A model generated the notes under the pieces. That model saw only the letters and a list, made by a program, of their open reading frames with translations, searched no databases and was not told the DNA's origin. From positions 37,326,001 to 37,390,000 of the forward strand of contig NW_024704743.1 in assembly GCF_018977255.1 (NCBI RefSeq): a DNA stretch of 64,000 bases, written 5' to 3'. Shown piece after piece: positions 53,401-64,000 of the stretch. Position numbers and translations under genes: made by a program. This DNA is from Callorhinchus milii. Taxonomy: Eukaryota. Within the stretch, counting starts at the first letter, position 1. The number at the start of each line of letters is the position of its first letter.

Positions 53401-53606
53401 TCAGGGTCCGAAACACTGATTGTCCAACTACTTGGGACGTCCTCCGACGGCTATACAAATGTAATTTTGTTGTTGTACAGGGTAAAACTTTGTTCTCATC
53501 TGCAACAAATTCAACAAAAACTTGTATTTAAGTTTGTAGCGCCCTTCATGCATGCAGCATCTCACATCCTGTCAGTTATATTCTATCCATGGAGTATACT
53601 CTATAC

Positions 53607-53913
53607 GTGGAGTCCTGTAGCTCAGTGGTTAGAGCACTTGCCTTGCAAGGGAGACACCTGGGTTCAACTCCAGGCAGGGCTAAACCTTGGGCAAGTTTCC
53701 TTACTCCACACGCCTAATAAATAATCCCTCCAAAACAAAACAATAATTGATCATTTTCAATCCACGACTGTTTGTGGGACACTGCTGTGCGCAATTGGCT
53801 GCCGCGCTTTGCCCATGAATATTCGGTCAATTCACTTTACAGTCTATTCTGTGAAGCGCTTTGAGACATCGAGAAGACGTAAAAAGCGCGATATCAAATG
53901 CAAGTATTATTAT
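53607..53913 (+). mobile_element. tRNA/Deu SINE, short type (more diverged)
   Basis: Head, core and tail recognisable. Confidence 0.85.
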
Positions 53914-56900
53914 CCTTTTGTTGTACATTTTTCTGTTGATATTAGTGATCAATTCATTAGTACCTCTAAACCCTTCTCTTGTGTAGTGTCCTATAGGTTA
54001 ACAATGTTTATATTTCTATTTGTTTCCTTCCACAGATTATCACTTTGCTCTTCAGTCAGAAAATTATATGGTTGGCAATCTCCTCCACCCACATATTTTT
54101 TCAATGCACAATATCAAATGCAAGGATTATTAAATAAGATCTTAGCGGATAATCACATTACATAACAATGATAATGCATACTTAGCATTTTATTCTCCCG
54201 TGATCTTTCACCCTTTAAAATATGAAATATAGCAGATAAAATGCTCATTTACTGAATGGTTTGAAAGAGCAGTGACAACATCTGGGTACCCAGTGTGTTA
54301 AAAGGTACACTGTCAGGCAAGATATTTGCCATTACAAAACTTGTACAATGCTATACTCTTTTACTTAACTGTATAATTATACAAACTTAATGCAAACTGT
54401 ACACAGAAGATAAATTGATCTTAAATACAGGAATACAAACTTCTCACTTTGTACATAAGATTTATAAATTTAATTGATAAACAAATCAAAATTTATATAG
54501 CACTTTTCACATCAGGACATTCCAAGACATTTGCACCTGAGCTGGGGGTGGAGGTCGAAGGAGGAAAATTGCCAAAAGCGCGAGTCAACGGCGCAGAGCT
54601 TGAAGGAGGTGAGGGAAGGGGAGAGTCGAAAGGACTCTGGGATGGAGTTCCAGAGTGGGGTTGGATATGCTGAAAGCACTTAAAACAGTAACTTCATGAA
54701 AGCAGGCTTATCAGAGAGGGAATCAGGAACCAGAAATTTAGTCTTAAAGGCACCCCTAAATAATACCATCCACTCACTTGGTCATGGTTAGATGAATATA
54801 ACTGCCTGGCCTTTATTCTAATTCAATTTAATAATTCAAATAAGCAAACTAGTGTTCACCTCTGAAAACCTCAATCATTTTTATATCCCCTGAAGTTTAG
54901 AATGTGCTAACTCAGAAAAAAGATCAAATTAATCAGCTATTTTGGCAGCAAATCCAAAATCTCTTAGAATGGTAACTTCCTAGAAAAAGCTTCATAAAAA
55001 GGATAAATCCATAGTGATTTTTTTTTAAAAAAACAGTAATTTTTTCTGGTGTAGCTTATTGTTATACACTATAATAATGTCACTGTTGGGGAGGAAGAGG
55101 TTACAGATTGTAATCCATTCTAGTGATTAATTGTAAGACAACCATTGCAGAGCACAAAAAACAATGGCAGTACATACAATTTCACAGGAGGAAGGAAAAA
55201 AGATACATCCAATAAGAAAAAACACAAAAATGGACCCAAAATAAAGTGAATTGAGACGTTAAACTTAGTCTGGGCTACAGTTTTTTTTTTTGTTTGCTTC
55301 AGTGGTCAAGTTATCAACTTCTGTATTAATCATAGGATGTACCATAACCAAGCCTGATCCTTTTATCAGACACCCACAAACACATGCTTTCTCAGTTATG
55401 ATACAGTGATCAGAAACTGGAACAGACCAATTTTCTTTTTCTCTATTCTGGGGAAGAGTTCTTACTGGTGCTCCTGTTGAAATCAGCTAACCCACCATAG
55501 ATAACAGATCCAACCTAGAATCATACTGATATGTAACACTGAGGCAACTGTAGGCTTTGGTCAAAACACCATGGGGGAAGAGAAATGATTTTTTCTACTT
55601 GAATTGGCTACTATAATATTGTCAATACAGCACACCCCCAGCACTGCATTGGCATATCAGCATGGACTATATCAGTTCTAATTCCTATTGCACCTACAAT
55701 CTTCTCACTCAATGATAAGTGCTACTAATTATGCCAGGTTGGCAAAACTGAGCAAATAAGATGAGTCATCTTATTTGGATTGCTGTGTACCCTACAACAT
55801 TGACCGTTTCAACATCAAATCAATGTAGAGGTATAAGATTGCATTTCATAATACCTACTTCATAAGAGAAGACTTCCCTGTTGAAATTTCAACAACTATT
55901 AGGTCTGTCAAAAAGCATCAGTTGAACAAAACTTGTTAGCAAATTATTCAACTCACTCTCCATGCTTTAAAAAAAAGCTATAAATGCTTTATCAAATCAA
56001 AGTCCACTAAAGCGATTAAACTACATTTCTTTCTATACCAATGCTTAAATAACTGGATACAAAATCAATATTTATAGTGTACAGTATTTTTCTTTTTATC
56101 CACAGGTTAAGTTATTTATCATTATGCTAAACAAAATGAACTCAGTGCTGTAGCACTCATTTGTGTTTTTGTTCGTTTTTCTTTTCTCTACAAGGCAAAC
56201 TGCTTACTCCACTGTACTGAGATTACAATGATAGCCTAGCCAGTACTGTCCGTCCGGTTAGTTCTTTTCTTCGTAAACATGAAATTATCTAAAATTCTTT
56301 ACTGGTCATCTTAAACCCTGCGCAGACCCATAAAAGTTATAAAGGGAAAACTTTGCAAAACACCATTCTATGGACTCTGAATCTTTTCCATTATAATTAC
56401 AGTACAATTTATAGAAGCCAAGAAATTACACCAGAGGCCATTTGACCCATCCAATTCAACACTCTCTCCACATACCCTGTTATTATCCATCTTCAATTGT
56501 TCATCCATTACTTTTTAAATAAAATGGTCTCAGCTCCAATAGCTAACTGTGGGTAAGCATTCCATGGTCTAACTCTCTGAACCCCCCCCCACCCCCAACA
56601 TTGCCATAAAACTCTTTCAGTAACAATCCTGAGCTTACCAGTTGCCAATTTACTAGTCAACGGGAACAATCCTTCACTATTTAGCTTCTCAAAACATTTC
56701 AGAATAGAACTAGTTACTAAAAAAAAGTACCAATATCCAACTTGCTGAAATATCGTTTGTGTGTTTATGTTCAATCTTGATATGCAACATTTGTTCAATC
56801 TTTTTAATAATGCAGGGTCTTAAAATAGAGAACGTACAACTAACACTTACCCAAACAAGTTCAGATTTTTTTTTAATATATAAAAGCATTGAAAATGTAG

Positions 56901-57712
56901 ATTACACTAAATTTTCCAAAGCATTCAACTTAGATAAAAATGTTTGGCTTGTACAGACAAAGCATTAAACCAGTAATGATATCCCTGGTCTAATATCTAC
57001 CAACGGTAAAATCGTGTTTGAGATTTTATTCTAGGGTGTTAAAAATGGTATACATTTGAATTGCATTAGAAAGACTCATGTCTCAACTACAATGTAGCAA
57101 CACATTCATATTTTACATTACAAAATTAATCCTGCCTCTTATACTATGCACCTCTTAACAGTTTTTTTCCACTGTTGAATTTAGAAATTTCTTCATATTC
57201 ATTTAATACTGGAGTTTTTATGAATGGAGTTTGAAAGAGTAAAGAAGACAACCCAGGCAGAAAACAATCCAGGCGTAATTTAACAAGGTAATTTAGCATA
57301 TCAATTTTGGGAAAACACTTCAGTTATGGTTGAACTAAATAAAAGAACGCAGATAACCAAGAAGAAGCCAATGTCATTCACTCTAGGCAACTAAGCGGCT
57401 GTTGCACTTTAAACTTTTTCATATAAAAAAACGATGCACCCTCAAGCCGCACAATACACAAAATTATGTTGAGTCAACAATTTATAAATTAGAAAGTTAA
57501 TCAAAAACATTTATATTTAAAAGGCATTTTCTACACAAAGAACCTGCAAATAAGGAAAAGGTTAAAAATGATTTCTGTCAGCTTTCCACAGAGAATGGCA
57601 TTTGTTTAATAACTTCATACTTTATCAGCAAACAGCTCAGTTTTGAAAATATCTTTCACTAGAGCTTGACCAATTGACAGCAAAAATGAGAAGAAAAATA
57701 CATCAAGCTTAC

Positions 57713-57833
57713 CTCCTCCATGCATCTGACACAGGTACGGGAAACGCCACACGTTCCCCAGTCCCACTGCAAAAGAAATGCAGGCGAACACAAACTGCAT
57801 GGGATTCTCCCATGATGGTCTACCATCATCCAT
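57713..57833 (-). CDS. SLC6A20: SIT1 first coding exon
   Basis: [40 protein letters not shown](G)|gtaagc; in-frame TAA upstream; 11 exons total 1767 nt = 588 aa; very short N-terminus and proximity to SACM1L support SLC6A20. Confidence 0.96.
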
Positions 57834-60800
57834 GTTTGTAAGTCTCTGAAACTCTTCACGTTAGGAATCTACACTTGTGCTTCCGACAACTGCAAAGTTG
57901 TTAACAATCACTCTCCAGGAATTTGGCACCAGGAAAATCAGATGTTTAATTTTTAATCTTATTAACTACGACACAATGACTCGGTTGGTAAATAGTTCAC
58001 AGGGATAAGCTGAAACAAGAACGGGACTTCAACGAAAAGAGAATTACTTGTTCTTCGTCTTCACCAGTTCTGACTTCTTTCACATTAGTCACTACAGTCG
58101 CAGTTCAAAAAGGTTGGTCATCACCATCACGTTGGAACGTCACTGATTACATACAAAAAAAGGGTGTTAGATATGTTATGCAACATTTGATATGCAACAT
58201 TTGACATGCAATACTTTACGATAGTTTCTAAGTACAAGTGTCGCACACTAAATCTAGCTTTGTGGAAGTAGCTGAAAGTTTATTTGCCAAGTTTCAAAAT
58301 GGATGTTTTGAAACTCCAGTAAAAATCACTTCAATTTCAATAATTTCTTTTAAAAACTTTAAATTCAAGGCTCTTATTTAATAAGTTTTTCCCCCCCCAA
58401 AAACACATTTTATTTAAAAATATTCTGTAGTGTAGAGATGGGGGCAATAATGCTATCTCTTTCAAATTCAGATTACATTTGTTCATTCTTCAGCATTGGC
58501 CAAAAGATTCTATATTGAATGCAATTAATATAAAAAGCTGTAGCGTATCTGCTACTAATGCTAAGCATAGCAACTTCCATAAACATTCACTGATTTAGCA
58601 GCAAAAGAAATATCACTCCGATTTTTCAGATTTATGAATATTTGCTGTAGTGCTGTTCTGATCATTTATTAATTTCAGTTTTAGCTCATTTATCTGCCTG
58701 AAAAATGAGATAGAAGTTGGTAAAAGTATGGCCATATCAAAAGAGGAATGGAATAGACATCTGCAATCTGCCAATTTACAGCATTGGGTTCAAGTCCTAT
58801 GCAACTACATATATATTCAGTAGATGGAGCTAATTGCAGAGGTAATGTTAAGTGGTTAGAGAACGATTGCTTAAAAAAGGAATAAGTAGTGATCTGGTAA
58901 AAGGAGGAACCTCGATTCAATTTCATTCAAACCCAGTTTGACACAATAGGCAAAAAGGATTAGCAAAAGCAACTACAATAAATTCAAAAGAAAACCTGTC
59001 CTGTTACAATCTCAGCGACACACTAAGCATCCTCAGTTGAAATTTGTGATTTACCATTGTATTTTGAGTATAAAAGACTTTGAATCCCAGGAATTAGTTA
59101 TAAGAAATCTGATGCGGAATATTTCAGAGTAATGTAGTGTAAGCAGTTTCTGGATGTGATTGGTCAACGCCATTAAAATTTAGTGAAAATTGAATGCAAA
59201 GAAACAGCATTAAAACAGACCAGGAACGTCTAATCTGAATTAAATGCCAAGGCTAGCACAGTCTATTGAACTATCAGAAAGTAGGGGCGGAAGATGTGAA
59301 AGTGTAGCAAAGGTTGCCAAGAAGTTAAATATTAAAGAATGGATGACAAAAGTTCAAGGCAAAGAGCATTTTCTATAGTGGTGCAGATCAACAATAATCC
59401 TGCAAATCATGCAGATCCCATGGGAAAATGAATCCCCTTCCACATCGCTCTTGCTAGCAAATGGAAAGTATGATTTAAAAAAAGGAGTTAAATACAGACA
59501 CATGACCATGTTTTTTTGGGTGGGATGGGGTCAATCACTTCTATATGTGTAGAAACTCATCACCATTCTTAAGAAACCAGGGAGTTCCACATTTGCATGC
59601 CACTTAACTCATGGAAATTTCCACACCTGAATGGAATGCACTCTGAGCATTAGGTGCAATTTGACAAAAATCAAGAATTGGGGACCCTGGATAATCTATT
59701 GGGGGTACTGCTGGAGTTTAACCAGCTAAAACCACAAGAGCACTGACAGGCAAGCTTCTCTCGTGGGGAGGGCGCTCTATTGAGACGGTTCTATTACCCT
59801 TATATGTACACCCACGGTGTGGCTCGCTCCACCTCGCAGAGTCTACTGAGTGGCCTCTGTGCTCAATCCTCACTAATGAATGCGAGTCCCTATAATTTGA
59901 CTAATGAGTTCTTCCATGACAACAGGAACTACCAATTGCTATTTAAATTAAAATTGGGAAGCTTCAATCAATCAAGTTTGTTTTACACCTCTGTGACCTA
60001 GACTGAATCTGTTTGTATATTCCCTCCTTTGATTTATACAGAAAGCTCGAGAAAGCACTGTTAAATTAGCTCAACAGAATTTTATTGCAACTTCAATAAA
60101 ATCCACAAATCTCAGCATTAAATCCTAAACAAGATAAAAATCAACAAACAACTATGAGATAACAAACATTAATCACATTTAAACTACACACACTAGCAGC
60201 CACTTGTAATGAAAGTTAATGTAAAAGTGCACGAAGAACCAACCGCTGACTACTACTCCTTAATAGTCAGAGCATGTACCTTTGTTGTCATCAGGTAGAA
60301 AAATAGCGAGGAGGAGCACATGGCGCTTGTTCTTTTATGGGATTTGAACCCCTCCCTGAATTAGGGTACCCAATGGTAATTGTATAGCACCAATTAGTTG
60401 ATGGTCCCCATCAGATCCTTCCCTCAGTTGCCCAATAGGGGAAAAGTACACTTCCAATCCTTCATTTGCATATTGGAATGGGAAGTTACCCCAAATTGTT
60501 GTAATGGACACTAGTCAGACTTGATGGCACAACAAGTATTAAAAACATTAAATGCACAAAAAGAAGTATTTAAAGCACTACTCCACATATTTAAAACAAG
60601 CCAGGCATAGAAAACAAAACGGGTGACCGTAACAATATAAGTGCAAGTTGTTGTTGTAGTAGCTGAATGAGAAGAATTCCTGTCTTAAATCAGTTTACTC
60701 CTCCAGGGGATTGAACATGAATAAAAAGGGCAAAACACACATGATAAACATACTGTATTTGCATGAACTCTGAAAGTATAGGAGAAATGTCAAATAAAAC

Positions 60801-61019
60801 CCAAGCTATTATAACTTGCATAACGTGTGCACGAGTCAAATACACTAATTCAGTTGAAGTGGCCTGCCATGCTATGATTTCCAGAATTCTATGATCAGAG
60901 GAAAAGGTGGCTGTGAATTGATCCTCCCAATGAGAAAAAAACTAACAGCATAAGCCCATCTCTTCAGGCCCTTTTTATGCTATAGTCTGGAGTCAAAACA
61001 GTTTATTGAAACTGTTGAA

Positions 61020-62815
61020 ATGTGAACAACTCCAATCGGCTTTCCGTACTGTTCACAGCACGGAAACTGCTCTGGTCAAGGTCACAAATGACATCCTGAC
61101 CAGGTGTGACCAGAACGCCCTCTGCCTCCTCGACCTCTCCGCCGCCTTTGACACAGTGGACCACTCAATCTTCCTCCACCGCCTCTCCTCCCACCTCAAT
61201 CTTCAAGGTTCTGTCCTTGACTGGTTCAGGTCCTACCTTTCACATCGCCTCCACTTCCGTCATGGAAACGGCTTCTCCTCCAGCCCCCGCACTGTCTCAT
61301 GCGGTGTTCCTCAGGGCTCTGTCCTCAATCCCCTCCTCTTCACCCTCTACATGCTTCCCCTTGGTGACATCATCCACAGACTTAGGGTAAATTTGCACAT
61401 GTATGCGGATGACACCCACCTCTATCTCTCTGCCTCCACCCTGAACTTCAGGACTACTGGCGTCCTGACCGATTGCCTATCCGATATCAAGTCCGTACCT
61501 CGGGCGCTGGCAGCATCAGCCTCCACGGCTGCACACTCAACCTCACTAAGCCAGTCAGGAACCTGGGTGTCTTGTCTTACCCTGAACTGTCCTTTCTCCG
61601 CCACATCCACCCATGAACCAGCACTGCCTACCACCACCTCCGCAACATTGCCAGACTCCATTACTGCCTCACCCCTCAGGCTGCCGAAACCTTTATCCAC
61701 GCATATGTCACATCAAGGCTCGATTATGGAAACTCCCTCCTCATCGGCCTTCCCAACTCTTCCCTTCACAATCTGCAGATCATCCAAAACTCTGCAGCTC
61801 GTGTACTCTCACGCACCAGGCTCTGTGACCCCATCACTCCCACCCTCGCCCGACTCCATTGGCTCCTCATCCCCCAGAGGATTGATTTTAAGATCCTCGT
61901 CCTCACTTTCAAGGCCATCCATAGCCTTGCTCCCTCCTACCTCTCTTTGATTTCAAGATCCTCATCCTCACCTACAAGGCCATTCACGGCCTCGCTCCCT
62001 CCTACCTCTCCAACCTACTATCCCCCTACCTACCTGCCCGTACCCTCCGTTCCTCCGGCTCCGGTCTGCTCCACGTCCCCCGCCCCAATCGCCCTACCAT
62101 TGGTGGTCGGGCCTTCAGCCTCTCAGCCCCGAGGCTCTGGAACTCTATCCCCCAGTGCCTTCGCCGCTTCCTCCCTTTCCTCCTTCAAGGCCGGTCTCAA
62201 AACCTTTCTCTTTGACCGAGCCTTCAGCTCCCCTCTCGACTCTCTTCCCCCTTCTCGCTCCCTCCCATCCCTCCCCTCACCCTGACCATTTCCCCCCTCC
62301 TCGCTCCCTCCCCTTCCCTCCCCTCACCCTGACCATTTCCCCCCTGCTCGGGTCATGACCCAACTGTGCAGCGCCTTGGGACGTCCTCCTGACGTGAAAG
62401 GCGCTTTATAAATGGAATCTTGTTGTTGTTGTTGATGTGCTGACTCCCTACCAACCTGTCCGCTCCCTCCATTCAGCGGGCTTATTAAATGTATAGGAGC
62501 AATAAGTCAAATCTGATTACAACGTCTGTTCTACGTCTCCCGCCCGACTCGCCCTACCATCGGCGGCCGGACTTTCAGCCTCTCTGCCCTGATACTCTGG
62601 TACTCCATCCCACGGTCCCTTCCTCCCTTGCCTCCTTCAAAGCTGGTCTCGACCCTTCTCTTCGATCGTGCCTTTGGTCACCCTCCCACCTCTCCACCTT
62701 CCCTCACCCCTACACCACCCCTCCCTCATGTTTGGGCCCCGACACCTGACTATTCAGCACTTTGGGACGTCCTCCCGACGTAAAAGGCGCTCTATAAATG
62801 TAATTTTGTTGTTGT
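61020..62815 (+). mobile_element. L2 LINE (RT to 3' end) interrupted by a younger L2 3' fragment at ~61947-62433
   Basis: HSTETALVKVTND, LLDLSAAFDTVDH, GVPQGSVL, HMYADDT; a ~65-bp segment repeats at the junction; two terminal tails. Confidence 0.9.
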
Positions 62816-64000
62816 ACTAGATCTAATGTTAAAAAACCGAAGGTGAACAGTGAGGGTAGTGATCTATTTGGGTACCTGAAAATCATTACTGGTTAAAGCA
62901 GCTTCAAGCTGGAGTCTGAGTGGATGACTACTTCACAGCTGAGATTACTGAAAAGCTCAGCAAGACTATTTCCATATTGGTTTGACAACTCTGTTAACTT
63001 GACTTACAAGAATACAATGCATATTCCCATCCATTAAAATAGACTTATACATTAATTCAAATATGGTCACATTAAATACCTTCTAAAATGGCAATATAAA
63101 ACATTGATGAGGGACTTTGATTGGGATCAGGATTGCGAATCCATCTCAGGAGAAGTTTATATAGCGCCCAACGTGAAAGACATTATACAAATGTAATTTG
63201 TTGCTATTATATTAAACCCATTTAAAATAATTGTAAAAAAAGTCCAATGGTCTACACTTTAATTCTAACATTTTAAAGAAACAAAAGCCCAGTGTCTGTT
63301 ATTTTCTACTTGGATTTCCCAATGAACACTTCCTATATTTTTCCAATAAATCCCAAATATTATCCTTCATATCTTACACATCTTCCATTTGCAGCATTAC
63401 TTTATTACAAGAATAGCTAATGGCATCTCAGTGTTCAGCTACTTCCATGGTAGAATGTTAAATACGAAATTTGACTGCATCTCCCACAGAACTCAATCAT
63501 GTTTAACCCCTCCTCTTCCTTTTAGTTTGTCTCTATTGGTTCGCTTCACTGGAATGGTGGCACCCCCTCCCCAACATGCACACATTGTCATTTCTTACAT
63601 ACAACCTAATTATTCATTTTAAGTTTTACCCAATTGTTTTAGGTAGGAACATTATTCACACTATCAGCTTATTCTGTAGCACTATTTAGCTAAGAACGAG
63701 GTTTCTGTAATGTCGAAGTATTTGTTCTGGCATTACGTCTCACAATTTTCATAGGTTCAATTTTGGGAAAACATTCTATTACACATTAGCTATCTTCTAA
63801 GAGCTAGTGTAACACAATTTTTTTTAACATTTTGACCAACAACCTATCTACCAATGCCAGTTTTTTTTAATGCTATTCATATTAGAAGTATTTAAATTCA
63901 TCCTTATTTGAATTATCCTGAATATTAACTCCTGTCAATTTCGTAGCCAGTCAATAACCATCAGCATTTTTTGTTTACTATTGTATTAGATACCTACAAA

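Noticed and set aside
57950..58120. HNF1/GATA/HNF4-like motifs upstream of SLC6A20
   Set aside because: Only degenerate matches expected by chance; the TSS is unknown and a possible acceptor near 57890 hints at a further upstream UTR exon
61006..61950. 314-aa RT-like ORF (also 16842-17750 and 27773-28645) as host genes or active elements
   Set aside because: Truncated, frameshifted L2 ORF2 fragments
58200..64000. Possible 3' end of LZTFL1, the human upstream neighbour of SLC6A20
   Set aside because: No coding exon recognised; only generic AT-rich sequence and poly(A)-like hexamers

Overview
Vertebrate genomic DNA; the repeat content (tRNA-Ala/Deu-domain SINEs, L2 and CR1 LINEs, a Penelope-like fold-back element) suggests a cartilaginous fish (inference). 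It holds four protein-coding loci, with exons located by hand from GT/AG boundaries and reading phase. (1) The last two coding exons of SACM1L (+). (2) A complete 4-exon SNRPD1 (+, 119 aa). (3) A complete 11-exon SLC6A20/SIT1 (-, 588 aa). (4) An intronless, open 330-aa glycogenin-1-like gene (+), nested antisense in SLC6A20 intron 10. The glycogenin copy is the most striking feature. It has lost the autoglucosylation tyrosine, carries the equivalent of the human T83M disease substitution and a D163N-equivalent change, yet keeps the DxD motif and a well-conserved glycogen-synthase-binding tail. A candidate RFX X-box plus CRE-like promoter with splice signals lies upstream, inside the presumed SLC6A20 3' UTR. 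SNRPD1 sits between SACM1L and SLC6A20, which are direct neighbours in human. Comparisons with human proteins are from memory and need confirming by alignment. Repeat boundaries are approximate.
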